A DNA stretch of 64,000 bases from Octopus sinensis (GCF_006345805.1 NC_042999.1:157108001-157172000); one strand, 5' to 3'. Shown: positions 12,970-26,698, numbered from the stretch's first letter. Notes: generated from the sequence alone by a model not told the origin. Numbers and translations: made by a program.

Positions 12970-13350
12970 GTTGCATGTTTACATGCAACACATATATGAC
13001 AATTAAAATTAATATGGAGATTAGTACATCGGCAAATTTTTATTTCTTCAGTAAATTATACAGCATATTTGATTTAAATTTGTCCAGTGCACATTTCGGC
13101 TGCATCGAAAGCTATTTTTGACTGGTTAGCAGTCTCTGCAACTTTATTCAAGGTTTATCCACAGATGTGATCTGAAGCAAACTGAGTGTATCTATACTTG
13201 ACTATTGCTATTTTGCTAGGTTACAGTAGTTTTCAAGAGAAGCTTAGCAAAATAATGTCAGCCAAGCATGTATATAGATATAATCAGTTCACTTTGGACC
13301 ATATCTGCAGACAGACTCTGAAGGAAATAAAAAATATACAGAGGTACTAA

Positions 13351-13754
13351 TACTCTCTTTACTCTTTTTCTCTTTTACTTGTTTCAGTCATTTGACTGCA
13401 GCCATGCTGGAGCACCGCCTTTAATCGAGCAACTCGACCCCGGGACTTATTCTTTGTAAGCCCAGTACTTATTCTATCGGTCTCTTTTGCTGAACCGCTA
13501 AGTAACGGGGACATAAACACACCAGCATCGGTTGTCAAGCAATGCTAGGGGGACAAACACACACATGCATATATTTATATACATATATACGACGGGCTTC
13601 TTTTTAGTTTCCGTCAACCAAATCCACTCACAAGGCTTTGGTTGGCCCGAGGCTATAGTAGAAGAAACTTGCCCAAGGTGCCACGCAGTGGGACTGAACC
13701 TGAACCATGTGGTTGATAAACAAGCTACTTACCACACAGCCACTCCTGCGCCTA
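13351..13754 (-). mobile_element. SINE family B
   Basis: Full-length homology. Confidence 0.85.
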
Positions 13755-14024
13755 TCTTCATATTTATTGTAATTGTCTTAGATATAGATTCAATAAAATG
13801 TTCACAACCCAGTGAAGTGAACCTAGGCTTTACCCTTAGCAAAATTACAATTGGATTGCTCACCCTAAGTAATCCTAAGTACTCTTTTCAACTCAATGTG
13901 GTTAGCTTGAAATCTGATTATAACTGATTGCTCTTAAAGGTACCTACTTGGATAATTTATCCCTATCTACTCACCAATATATATATATATATAAATTTTC
14001 ACTAATGTAGCTAGAAGCTTCCTG

Positions 14025-14600
14025 TCGTTGATTAAGAATTATTTCCCTAGAGGCCACAGGTACAAGCTCTTTAACCCACATAACATCAAAGTGAGCTATT
14101 CCTACCAAGACAACATAACATCTACTAATGCACACTACAACAGACACAAACATGCACCTACACAACTCCCAACCCCAATCTACATCTGTCTAAATCCTAC
14201 CAGTTGCCCTCTAGGAGGGTCCTGTCGCTCAAGGATTGTGGACTCCTGAGGCACTCCCACACAATCTGATATCACAAGGTATTACATGGGCATGGCAGCC
14301 AATAATTTCAAGGGAAAATACACACAGCACATGGACTTGCAGAGAAGCAGGGATATAGAGAATTCCATTTCTTTGTCTCGCTTCCTCTTGCTTGCTTAAA
14401 ATGTTACTCAGTGAAACTGGTTTGTAATGGGAAAATATCAGGAATTATGTTTACCCTGAAATGTTAATATGAATTGAATGAAACAAATTTCATGTAAATT
14501 GGTAAAGTAGATTTCAAGATATTAGAAATTTTTAGGGTATAAATACCCAAACGGTGCATAATGGGAAAATGTTCCGAAAATAATCTTCATCCTGAAAGGG
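14025..14600 (+). mobile_element. Decayed PLE linker/GIY-YIG fragment
   Basis: KLFNPHNIKVSYS and C-x5-CPLGGSC motifs typical of PLE linkers; preceded by (TA)n. Confidence 0.6.
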
Positions 14601-14955
14601 AAGAAGCTCTTATCTTTCTATTATACAGTGAGTTGACAACGAAAGAAAAAACTTTTTTTTTACAATTTCTATTTTTGCTTTTGCTAAACACAATATTTTG
14701 ATCATTTACAAATATTTTTAAGTAAATGTGATTTCAAAAATGTAACCTGTATCTCCACTCCAAAAATTGGCTGCTGTTTCTAGCTCACCCTGCTAGCATG
14801 CAACAGCTATTTGTGACAAAGGACCCAAAATGCCTGTTACATGGTAGCAGGGCATGCAAGAAATAGCAGCCCAATCATTCCAATCCATGAAACAAAACTC
14901 TATTTCCAGGAAACTCAGAGTTTTCCAGTGACCCAATGGGTCACAAGTAGTCTAG

Positions 14956-14987
<32 letters not shown>

Positions 14988-14988
<1 letters not shown>

Positions 14989-15330
14989 GAAGGCGCATAG
15001 CTCAGTGGTTAGAGCGTCGAGCTTACGATCATGAGGTTGTGAACTCGAATCCCGGACCGGGCTGCGTGTTGTGTTCTTGAGCAAGACACTTTACTTCACG
15101 TTGCTCTAGTTCACTCAGCTGTAGAAATGAGTTGCGACGTCACTGGTGCCAAGCTGTATCGACCTTTGTCTTTCCCTTGGATAACACTGGTGGCGTGGAG
15201 AGGGGAGGCTGGTATGCATGGGCGACTGCTGGTCTTCCATAAACAACCGTGCCCGGACTTGTGTCTAGGAGGGTAACTTTCTAGGTGCAATCCCATGGTC
15301 ATTCATGACCGAAGGGGGTCTTTACCCATT
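14988..15330 (+). mobile_element. tRNA-derived CORE-like SINE family D
   Basis: gaaggcgcatagctcagtggttagagc / ctcgaatccc boxes; ttcttgagcaagacacttt...cactcagctgtagaaatgagt. Confidence 0.8.
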
Positions 15331-15677
15331 ATATATATATATGTACATAAGTTAGTTGAGTTAGAGGTTAAAATAACTGTCTAAGGGATAGAAGTGTCCA
15401 TTACATTACTGGTATATTACCTATATTTAACCATGGACATACATATGCAAACATATTATGTTTGTAAGTTATAGGTAAAGGCAAGGTTAAACGAAGGCTT
15501 ATCAAGAATTAAAATTTAAAGAAAACAGAAAACGGTGAAGTAATGATTAACAAAAGAGGAAGAGCAGAGGGGTAAAGAAAAGGGGTAAAGTTGAATATGG
15601 TTGGAATCCTACCATTTTGCTGACCTTCTTATTCTTCACTCTGATGAAGCTTCTGGTTTCAGATTGGTTTTATTGCC

Positions 15678-15838
15678 GGCTGTGTGGTAAGTAGCTTGCT
15701 TACCAACCACATGGTTCCGGGTTCAGTCCCACTGCATGGCACCTTGGGTAAGTGTCTTCTACTATAGCCTTAGGCCAACCAAAGCCTTGTAAGTGGATTT
15801 GGCAGACGGAAACTGAAAGAAGCCTGTTGTATATATAC

Positions 15839-15883
<45 letters not shown>

Positions 15884-16121
15884 CGTGTGTGTGTGTGTAT
15901 GTGTGTGTATGTTTGTCTGTATTTGTTCCCCCAACATCACTTGACAACCGATGTTGGTATGTTTACATCCCCATCAATTAGCAGTTCGGCAAGAGAGACC
16001 AATAGAATAAGTACCAGGCTTACAAAGAATAAGTCCTGGGGTCGATTTGCTAGACTAAAGGTGGTGCTCCAGCATGGCCGCAGTTAAATGACTGAAACAA
16101 ATAAAAGAACAAATAAAAGAA
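15678..16121 (+). mobile_element. SINE family B
   Basis: Full-length homology. Confidence 0.85.
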
Positions 16122-16339
16122 TATTTTGAATATCAATGGGAATACCATAGGACATTGGAAGCAGAAACAGCTGTTAGATGGGATGCAGTCTATTTGCATT
16201 GAATTAATAACTAATAATTGATCTAAGTCAATTTTGTGTGTGTGTGTACATGGTGCGCAAGATATTTGAGGACAGATTTATGTTTATAAAAAACATATAT
16301 ATGATAACAGATAATAACTGTATTTATCAAAAAATGCTA

Positions 16340-16741
16340 TACTCTTTTACTCTTTTTTACTCTTTTACTTGTTTCAGTCATTTGACTGTGGCCATGCTGG
16401 AGCACCGCCTTTAGTCGAGCAAATCGACCCCAGGACTTATTCTTTGTAAGCCTAGTACTTATTCTATCGGTCTCTTTTGCCGAACCGCTAAGTTACGGGG
16501 ACGTAAACACACCAGCATCGGTTTCAAGTGATGTTAGGGGGACAAACACAGACACACACATATATATACATATACATATATACGACTGGTTTCTTTCAGT
16601 TTCCATCTACCAAATCCACTCACAAGGCTTTGGTCGGGCCCAAGGCTATAGTAGAAGACACATGCCCAAGGTGCCACGCAGTGGGACTGAACCCAGAACC
16701 ATGTGGTTCATAAGCAAGCTACTTACCACACAGCCACTCCT
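16340..16741 (-). mobile_element. SINE family B
   Basis: Full-length homology. Confidence 0.85.
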
Positions 16742-16784
16742 AAGGATAAATGTAAATGATCTGTTCTTTAATGTTATTCAATAA

Positions 16785-18170
16785 AGTCACCATCGGCATC
16801 AACAACTGCTTCTATATGAGATCTAAATCATCTACATGCTTATATCAAATAGTCCTGGATCATTTTGGACATTACTCTAACTATGATAGCTTTCATAGAA
16901 TCTTTGGCCCAGTGGTTAGGGCAGCGGTCGTAGGATCACGGTTTCGATTCCCAGACCGGGCGTTGTGAGTGTTTATTGAGCGAAAACACCTAAAGCACCA
17001 TGAGGCTCCAGCAGGGGATGGTGGTGATCCCTGCTGTACTCTTTCACCACAACTTTCTCTCACTCTTACTTCCTGTTTCTGTTGTACCTGTATTTCAAAG
17101 GGCCGGCCTTGTCACTCTCTGTGTCACGCTGAATATCCCGAGAACTACGTTAAGGGTACACGTGTCTGTGAAGTGCTCAGCCACTTACACGTTAATTTCA
17201 CGAGCAGGCTGTTCCGTTGATTCGGATCAACCGGAACCCTCGTCGTCGTAACCGACGGGGTGCTTCCATGGTATTATGGGCGTGTTCATTGACCTCTCGC
17301 TTAACAATGCTCCACATGTAATAATCCAATGGATTGAGATCTGGGGAATTAGGAGGCAAAATGTTAGGCATTATGTGATCATGAAAATTTTCAGTCATCC
17401 ATTCCTGTGTTACTAGAGTCATGTGTGATAGTGCTGAGTCTTACTGAAACACATGTGGCCTTCCATTGCATACACTGGCTATCCAGGGCTTAACAATTAT
17501 TTCCAGGACCTCAATGTAGACGGCAGAGTTAAATCTAAGGCCTTGTGAAAAGAAGTAAGGAGGCATCACATGTGCTCCATTGCTGACAAGCCCTAAAACC
17601 ATGACAGTTTCAGGAAATTTTGTATGCATAACTTCAGAAGGGTCTGCACATAACCATCTGTCATTTTTGCTGTTAACTTTTTGATGTTGGTTGTAGTTTT
17701 TCTCATTTGAGAAAAAACAAATCAAATCTTCTGCTGGATTTTTCAGTTTGCTTCAGAGCCGTTTAGATCTGATGTTGTAACTTCTTTTGCTTTTTCTAAC
17801 AAATTGTCCTTTCTTCATCATATAAGACATATCTGATGTCTTCGTGGACAACATTTCTGACTGTTCCTTCTGACACATGGAGAATTGAGCTCATGGACTT
17901 TCTGGGATTGTAATTATTGGTCTGTTGAATTTGCTGGATAAATTCAGGTGTTCTGATGGTTTCAGTGTTTAGAATGATTTTTATGCTTTGATATTGGTGG
18001 TACATCTCTAGCTCCATACAAACTTTGTAGATGAAAGATCTGGCAACATTTAAAAATTGATATATTTCTAAATTGCTATGCTCAGCCTTTATAACCACAA
18101 TAACAGCATGCCTCTTCATTTCTTGTGAAAGCTGAAGGTCTGCTATTATTATTTTCTGAAACAATGATTA
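16785..18170 (-). mobile_element. Tc1/mariner (maT/DD37D-like) transposase remnant interrupted by a SINE
   Basis: FSNEK, VMVLG, VKPW..RPHVFQ, PPNSPDLNPLDY, and C-terminal FRSHIEAVVDADGDFIE on the other side of the SINE. Confidence 0.85.
16906..17269 (+). mobile_element. SINE family C (5'-truncated) inserted in maT transposase
   Basis: tggcccagtggttagggcagc head, ggtttcgattccc B box, tail gtaaccgacggagtgcttcca. Confidence 0.85.
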
Positions 18171-18250
18171 TACAGAGCTAGCAAAAATGCAGCAATGACC
18201 CCAAAAAGCTATGTCCTCAAATACCTTACATACCCTTTATGTGTGTGTGT

Positions 18251-19020
18251 ATCTATATCTATAAAAGGCAGGATGTGTGTGTACATGAATGTAATTTAGG
18301 CATGTCCACAAATTAGCATGCATGGCGCTCCAATTTTAGAAGGACATTGGTCACGACCATGGCTGTGTTTTTATCAACTTATTTTCCCCAAAGCACTTGC
18401 GGATAGTGGCAAAAATCGATTTTCAACCATAACTTTTACCAATTTCCATGTCAGTGAAATCTGTAAGTTTGCTAATATGAGTTAAGTCCCCTGTCTAGCA
18501 ATGGCAGAAAAGAAAAACAAAGGGTAAATTTTTAGATTATCACCCACACTATTTTAACTAAGAGACAAAAAAACTTGGATTTATTTATTGGAATCCAATA
18601 CCCTGACCTCCTAATATGCTGCAAATCCCTTATTTTGGTTCGGAAAAAAGGTGATTCCTTATGGGGTTTTCTATTCAATCAGGATTTCCCACTAAAATTG
18701 GCTACACCCCATTTTCAACCATAACTTTCACCTATTTTGACATATTTTGTTCAAAGGACTCATGGGATCTTTGAATGCTTTAAGTTCTCAAAAAACAAAA
18801 ACAAAAAAACAGTCTATGAGTGGAAAAATTGATAAACTGATTCCTTATTGGATTTCCCAGTCAAATTGTCTGCAACCCATTTTCAGCCAAACATTTACCA
18901 ATTTCAATGGATTTCATTCCAATTTGATGTCAGTGTTACTTAGTTTGGTTTGAAACAAAGTGCTTGATTAGCTTAATAATCCTAACTTAATCCCGTGCAA
19001 CACTGAGCTATACTGCTAGT
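18251..19020 (+). mobile_element. Older Helitron-like element followed directly by another 5' end
   Basis: 5' atctatatctataaaag; 3' cccgtgcaacactgag..tactgCTAGt. Confidence 0.5.
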
Positions 19021-19493
19021 CTATATATATAAAACAAAGGATGTTTGTGTGTATGCGTGTGTGTCTGTAGTACATATGCATTTCTACAGTTTTCAACTGA
19101 TTTCCACTAAACTTTACACACACATTACTTATGTGCCAATGATGGTCATGGACTATAACATTTTTCCCAGAGCTCCCACATAAAGTGAGAAGTTGACCGG
19201 GTTTATGTGTGAGTTTTTCTGTAAAAACTGCAGCTTTTAACTGATTCTCTCCCTTTGACTTCTGCAATTTTCAAGCGATTCTCTTCCTTTTCTCTCTCTG
19301 TTTATTTATCTCTTCTCTTTCTCACTTACACCCTCTGCAATACTTCCCCTCTTTAAGTGTATATCTGTTTCTTTCACTCACTCACTCTCGTATGTAAATA
19401 TCTTTGTCTTCATGCTATTTGTACTTTCACCCTAAAACATTATTTCACTTATTAAAGATGTTTTGCACTCCATCTATTTAAAAACACTCTCTC

Positions 19494-19900
19494 TACTCTC
19501 TTTTACTCTTTTACTTGTTTCAGTCATTTGACTGCGGCCATGCTGGAGCACCGCTTTTAGTCGACCAAATCGCCCCCGGGACTTATTCTTTGTAAGCCCA
19601 GTACTTATTCTATCAGTCTCTTTTGCCGAACCGCTAAGTGACGGGAACGTAAACACACCAGCATCGGTTGTCAAGCAATGCTAGGGGGACAAACACAGAC
19701 ACACAAACACACACATATATATATATACATATATACGACAGGCTTCTTTCAGTTTCCGTCTACCAAATCCACTCACAAGTCTTTGGTCGGCCCGGGGCTA
19801 TAGCAGAAGACATTTGCCCAAGATGCCACGCAGTGGGACTGAACCTAGAACCATGTGGTTGGTTAGCAAGCTACTTACCACACAGCCACTCCTGCGCCTA
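19494..19900 (-). mobile_element. SINE family B
   Basis: Full-length homology. Confidence 0.85.
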
Positions 19901-20804
19901 TTTACATTTCTCCCTTTATTGAAGATCATTTTGATACAGGTGAGAAGCCTTCATTACTAACCAATGAGAATTCAACCATGCCACTGAGCGTTCATGCATT
20001 AGGAGAAGATATGTTAAAGTGGCTCAAGTTTTGTCACTCAACCTACTTTTTTTTCTACAGCCTTTACATGCTGAAATAGGGTTTGTAATTTCTGTCTACA
20101 AATTGATTTCCTTGTGTGATATAATATTGTTTCACTTTATGTGTGTGTGTGTGTGTGTGTGTGCGTTTGCGCATTCGATATGTACTAGATAGTAAAGGAC
20201 ATTTTATACCATGACAATGATGACGTCACATACATGAGTGTGTATGTGCCTCTGAGTGTAGGTGTATGAGTGTATCTCTCCGACTGTGTGTGTATATCCA
20301 CGTTAGGCACATTATTAAACACACACACATCTACACATACATATACACATGTGACAACTGATATGTATAAATGTATGTCTGTATGTGTCTCTCTTACTAT
20401 ATGAAGAAACGTAACTCATCAAGCATTTGCAGACGGAGTAACAGGATATGAGAGAAATTCAAAATGACTTCTAGATGTTAGGCCTCTATTGGTCAACTCA
20501 GGTCACTTGGAAGTGACATCAATTATTCCCTTTGTTAAGGCAACGTGGATGAACAGGATGTAGGTGATACTGGATTAAAATTTGGCGATACCAGTTTGGA
20601 TTGTCAACATGGATGAGGCCGCAGTCTATACAAGTGTCAGGAGTTAAGTACTGTGTCCTTGTGTATGGAGCAGAAGGCCTAAGGTAGTATATCTAGTTAT
20701 GATGTGTGGTTTCTCCAGATGTCTGACAAGTTATATTCATTCTACAAGCCTATAAAAGTTTCATGGAAAATGAGTCAAACTGTTATCAAATAATCTGTCT
20801 ATCT

Positions 20805-20945
20805 AAGAAATTTGCTTCTTAACACATGGTTCTGGGTTCAGTCCCACTGCGTGGCACCTTGGATGTATGTCTTCTACTACAGCCTCAGGATAACCAAAGA
20901 CTTCTGAGTGGATTTGGTAGATACAGAAAGAAGCCTGCCATATAT
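20805..20945 (+). mobile_element. SINE family B (5' half only)
   Basis: Head/CORE-like half followed by microsatellite. Confidence 0.7.
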
Positions 20946-20973
20946 ATATATATATGTATACATGCATACATAT

Positions 20974-21004
<31 letters not shown>

Positions 21005-21219
21005 GCAAATTGGTAACAAGAATGTCCAAGAATCAGTGCATACAACTGTTTCAAGCAGCTCCCTTGTTAGCTCATTAAGGTAGTACTGTTTTTTCTAGCA
21101 ATACTGGTACTTATTAGTGCCCTTGTTCACTTTAGTGATGTATATATTTCTGCCTTTAGGTTGTAAAATTGCAAATTAGCCACCCATATTATTTATACAT
21201 ATGTGTATGTGTATAAATA

Positions 21220-21410
<191 letters not shown>

Positions 21411-21414
21411 TTAC

Positions 21415-21571
21415 AGGTGTGGCTGTGTAACAAGAAGGTTGCTTCCCAACCACATAATTCCAAGTTCAATCCCACTGTGTGGCACCTTGGGAAAGTTCCT
21501 TCTACTATCCCCTTGGGCCAACCAAAGCCTTGTGAATAGATTTGGTTGACAGAAACTGAAAGAAGCCCGTC

Positions 21572-21622
<51 letters not shown>

Positions 21623-22005
21623 TATATATATATATATAGATATATATATATATGTATATATGCAAAGACACACTTGTGTGTATATATAGGACTACAGGAT
21701 AGGACTACACAGCCACAGCAGGAAATGGTATCAGGACATGAAATGTAAAAGCCAGACTAGACTACTTTATGCGCAACTCCATTGTCTCCCAAGACAAAAA
21801 GGATGCCAACAATATACATATATATACAAGTGTGTCTTTCTGTGTCTTTGTTTGTCTTTCCACCATCACTTGACAACCAATGTTGGTGTATTTATGGCCC
21901 CGTAACTTAGTGGTTCAAAAAAAAGGGGGGGGCTGATACAATAAGTACTAGGCTTACAAAGAATAAGTCTTGGGGTTGATTTGTTTGACTAAAGGCAGTG
22001 CTCCA
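21415..22005 (+). mobile_element. SINE family B with expanded/interrupted internal microsatellite
   Basis: 5' half 21415-21575, 3' half ~21830-22005. Confidence 0.7.
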
Positions 22006-22254
22006 CAACTAACAAACCCATGCACGTATGGTGTGCATTCCAGATGTGTCAAGACATTCTTTTAAGAGTGGCACTCATAAATGTTCTAGATTACTGTAAT
22101 CTTAGTATAGCCTTACTTATATCTAAGTTGACCTGCTTAACTTTGTTTTACCAGATTGAAGGTGACAACTATAGCAGCGCTTCGAACACACCTTACTACT
22201 AAACACTACTTGTCACAGCTGACTAGTTTGCAGAATGCAATCAGGATGTGAAGA

Positions 22255-22380
22255 CAATTTGGAAGTTCACTATACAATAAAGTTTTGTTAGACTGGGCAA
22301 AAATGCTGTGGAGACTTATGAAATGCTTCAGGTTGCTTATGGGTTAACTTGTATGAGCCAAGCATCTGATTTTGCTGGCA
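22255..22380 (+). mobile_element. Mariner transposase N-terminal fragment
   Basis: LGKNAVETYEMLQVAYG..CMSQAS. Confidence 0.55.
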
Positions 22381-22670
22381 CAAGAGGCCAACCAAAGCAA
22401 GTTTTATATTTTTACAGAAATGCACATTATTGGTTTATTTATTATTGCACTATTGGAATTTACAATTTTGCAAAAAAAATGTTTATTTCAATTTCATGCC
22501 ACCCCTCAAAGATGTATTCCTTGGTTCAGGAGTAGCAAGTTAATCTTTGCAGTTTATGAAGTGTGAATGTGAAATCACCAGAAAGATTGCAAGGTGCTGT
22601 ATCTGTAGGGACTTTGAGGATTTTAACTGCATGGTAACCAATGGTCAAGAAGGTGTAATATAAGTTTGGA

Positions 22671-23065
22671 CATCATCATCATCATCATTGTTCGACCGTG
22701 GTCAAGACAATGGAATTTACCATGCTACACCAGACTTCAAGGTCCATCATGGCATTACAGAGGTCCTGTTGCTGGATGCCTGTATCCCTGGAGATTACAT
22801 CAGGGTAGGAGAGTGTGCGCCCTCTGGTATTGCGAGTAGATGGCTTCCAGAGGAGGAAGAGTAGAAATTACTTCTTTTTCAGCTCTACAACAATGTCCAG
22901 CAAACTGGACTCTCCTACCTTTCACAAGAGATGACACAGGTGGTAGTTTCCCATATACTTGCATTTTGGTTGGATGGCGCTTCCACGAGAGATTTTGAGC
23001 TCTCATAAGGAGGCGAGTGTAGGTTCCATCCAACCGCCTCTCAAGCATCTCAAGTTTGGACATAC
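22671..23065 (-). mobile_element. RTE-type LINE 3' end with (GAT)n tail
   Basis: LDGTYTRLLMRAQNLSWKRHPT...RRVQFAGHC; ends ...accacggtcgaacaatgatgatg on - strand. Confidence 0.85.
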
Positions 23066-23408
23066 AATAAAACAGGTTATCTTATATTGAACTGTTACAA
23101 CTGATGACAATATACTTTAACAGGAAGGTAACATTAGATTTAAATTCATAAATTAAGTTATATTTTGGTATGTCTTGGGAGGGTAGTTATGCCAAAAAAA
23201 CATACATGCACTGGTTCTATTTCACTTCTTTTATCATGTTTAGTTGATTGATTAATCATTTAACCAATTAACTAATCGATTGTTTGATTAACCATTTGGT
23301 CAATCAAACAATCATTTAGGTTTGTCAGTCCTTTCATAGCCATTCATGACCTTATGAATGACATGACCTCTCAGTTACAAAAGGTGACAAAAGAACTTTA
23401 ACAAACCT

Positions 23409-23814
23409 ATAGGTGTAGAAGTGGCTGTGTGGTAAGTAGCTTGCTTACAAACCACATGGTTCTGGGTTCAGTCCCACTGTGTGGCACCTTGGGCAAGTGT
23501 CTTCTAGTATAGCCTCGGGCTGACCAAAGCCTTCTGAGTGGATTTGGTAGACGGAAACTGAAAGAAGCCTGTCGTATATATGTATATAAATATATGTGTG
23601 TGTGTGTGTGTTTGTGTGTCTGTGTTTGTCCCCCCAACATTGCTTGACAACTGATGCTGGTGTGTTTACATCCCCTCAACTTAGCGGTTCGGCAAAAGAG
23701 ACCGATAGAATAAGTACTTGGCTTACAAAGAATAAGTCCTGGGGTTGATTTGCTCCACTAAAGGCGGTGCTCCAGCATGGCCACAGTCACATGACTGAAA
23801 CGAGTAAAAGAGTA
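23409..23814 (+). mobile_element. SINE family B
   Basis: Full-length homology. Confidence 0.85.
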
Positions 23815-24023
23815 AACCTAATTGACTGATTTAATATTTAATCAAACAATCAACGAGTTAACTAATTAAATTTTATTTCAGTTTCACCCCACCACTCTTG
23901 TCATTTCGGTACTTCTTCGGAATCCCCACCACCTAATTTTCCACCATAAATTTTTTGAAGCAGTACCTTTAAAAAAAGCTTTCATTTCATTTTGCAAAAA
24001 AAAATTCAAATTTCACCAATTAA

Positions 24024-24243
24024 CCCTTTTGTTACCAACCCGGCTGAAACCGGCTCTGGCTCTGAGTACAAATGTCTTGTTTTCATAAGTTTTGAATTAA
24101 AGTCTTCCACCAAACCTTAGTCGCAATTTATGTTCCTAACACTAGCTGAAAGATAACTAAGTTATTTTACTAAATTCTTTGTTATATTTAAAGTAATTGA
24201 AAGAAATACAGAGCATCTCAAAATAAATGTAGTAATGAAAGGG
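24024..24243. mobile_element. piggyBac-like MITE
   Basis: TTAA flanks, CCCTTT(C/T)GTTAC termini; copies at 45536 and 63910. Confidence 0.8.
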
Positions 24244-25302
24244 TTAATCAACCTTTACACACAGGTTCATCAAGTGAAACAAGTTAAAAAAAGAAAGAAA
24301 GTGTGGTGAGGGGTGGGGTAAAATTGAAATATATTTATTTTTGCAAAATCGTAAAACATAGTAATCTAAAAACTTTTCTATGTATTTTGCCCCATAAGAA
24401 TTCTGAAAAATGCAAAGATGAAGAAATTGGGTGGGGTGAGGGTAAAATTGAAATTTTGAAATGCCAATTTTTGTCAAGGGCATCGGGTAGTGTTGAGTTG
24501 GACAAAAAGAGGTACCCCCAACAGAAAGTTTGAACATTTACGCGTTCAAATGACTAAGCAATATAGGTTTTGAATTCACCCAATGCGCAACTCATTTTTT
24601 TGTAAATTTACACTGTATGAAGAATATATTGTAGAAAATGTTATTAAAAATATCCATTTTTCTGGTAGAGTTTTTTGGAGATTTGGCTGTTTTTTCTAGC
24701 ATGTGGAGAGACTGCTTGAAAGCCTACTTGATGGATGCATGGATTGGAAAACTCTTATGCATGCACAATGACTGAAAGGATTTAAAAACATCCTGTATGT
24801 GCAAGGGGTGAGGGAGGGGGTTAGTATTTTTTTTTGAAAAATTAACAAAAAAAAAACAATTTTTCAGAATCATAATCTCCCCATGTATTTTATATTTTGG
24901 CAAAAAAAAAGTTCTGAAGAAAGTGAAAAAAAAATGAAGATTTGGGGAGGTGAGAGGAGGTTAAATTTAGAAATGCAAATTTTTTTACAGATTCAGAATC
25001 TGTAACCGAAAATGTGGGTTTCTGTAAAAAAAAAAAAAACACCAAAAACGGAATGGGTGTGTTCTGACAGTCTGCCATGTCCACCTTTATATATATATAA
25101 GTTAAATTTAAAATAAAAAATTAAGGTTTCAAAAGGAGGCATTTAATGCAGTATCCAAACCTTGTTTTGGGTAAGTCTCAGATAGAGTGCCTGTAGAGTA
25201 CTTTCACTATTTATGGCTACCAGGCATCATCGGCATTACTACACATTCATTGCTGGATCAACATCTGAAATTCCTAGGTGTAAATTGGGTATATTTTAAA
25301 TG

Positions 25303-25690
25303 GATGGAAGCACTCCGTCGGTTACGACGACGAGGGTTCCGGTTGATCCGAATCAACAGAACAGCCTGCTCGTGAAATTAACATGTAAGTGGCTGAGCAC
25401 TCCACAGACACGTGTACCCTTAACGTAGTTCTCGGGGATATTCAGCGTGACACAGAGAGTGACTAAGGCCGGCCCTTTGAAATACAGGTACAACAGAAAC
25501 AGGAAGTAAGAGTGAGAGAAAGTTATGGTGAAAGAGTACAGCAGGGATCACCACCATCCCCTGCTGGAGCATCGTGGAGCTTTAAGTGTTTCCGCTCAAT
25601 AAACACTCACAACGCCCGGTCTGGGAATCGAAACTGCGATCCTATGACTGCGAGTCTGCTGCCCTAACCACTGGGCCATTGTGCCTCCAC
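25303..25690 (-). mobile_element. SINE family C, full length with 12-bp TSD
   Basis: TSD ATATTTTAAATG. Confidence 0.9.
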
Positions 25691-25771
25691 ATATTTTAAA
25701 TGATTGATATGGAAAACAGAGTGTAACTAGAAACTTTATTAGCACAACAATTGTTTCAGTTTCATTCTCTC

Positions 25772-26101
25772 CTGCTCCCTTGTGGGTGTGAGATGATGTA
25801 ATGACATCAGATGCAACATACAGTGCAAGGAGCCTCATCAGATCATGTAACATGCTTCAAAAGTCATAAGATTTACATCCCGTTTTTGCTCCAAGATTAT
25901 ATGCTGATGGTGAGTTGCTAGCAATTCAGGCACACTTTGGTGTCTGAGCTGCTAGTAACTCACTATCAGCATATAATCTTGGAGCAAAAACGAGATGTAA
26001 ATTTTATAACTTTTGAAGCTTGTTACATCATCTGATGAGGCTCCTTGCACTGTGCACTGCATCTGATATCATTACATTGTCCCACATCCACTAGGGAGCA
26101 G
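25772..26101. repeat. ~330-bp palindrome
   Basis: ctgctccct...agggagcag, ~150-bp arms. Confidence 0.85.
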
Positions 26102-26382
26102 TGCAGAACAAAGCCAAAATGATTGTTAAGCTTCTAGTTATACTCCATCTTGCATATCAATCATTTGATATATATATGACAGGTTTATTTCAATTCCTGT
26201 CAAACCAAGTCCACTCACAAGGCTTTGGTTGTCCCAGGGCTATAGTAGAAGAGCTTGCCTGAGATGCTATGTAGTGAGACTGAACATAAGATCACATAGT
26301 TGGGAAGCAAGCCTCTTAATCACACAGCTATATTTTAATGCTATCACAAGACCTTTTAGCAAAAAGGGATGGTCCACATTCT

Positions 26383-26698
26383 TATTTCTTTATTGCCCAC
26401 AAGGAGCTAAACATAGAGGGGAAAACAAGGACAGACAAAGGGATTAAGTCAATTACATTGACCCCAGTGCGTAACTGGTACTTAATTTATCAACCCTGAA
26501 AGGATGAAAGGCAAAGTTGATCTTGGCGGAATTTGAACTCAGAATGTAACGCAGACGAAATCCTATTTCTTTACTACCCACAAGGGGCTAAACACAGAGA
26601 GGACAAACAAGGACAGACAAAGGCATTAAGTCGATTATATCGAACCCAGTGCATAACTGATACTTATTTAATCGATCCCGAAAGGATGAAAGGCAAAG
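26383..26698 (-). mobile_element. Two tandem partial SINE family A copies
   Basis: Homology to 821-1051 at 26383-26561 and 26563-26698. Confidence 0.8.

Noticed and set aside
14988-15060. tRNA genes at SINE heads (also 39998, 53425 and others)
   Set aside because: A/B boxes are present but there is no complete cloverleaf or acceptor stem, and they continue into SINE bodies.
25152-25170. Possible 19-nt micro-exon ending in |gtaagt
   Set aside because: Poor polypyrimidine tract, and inclusion would break the phase chain that already closes with the 49-nt exon.
26030-26100. CTGATGA core in the 25.8 kb palindrome
   Set aside because: No correctly placed GAAA or stem III.
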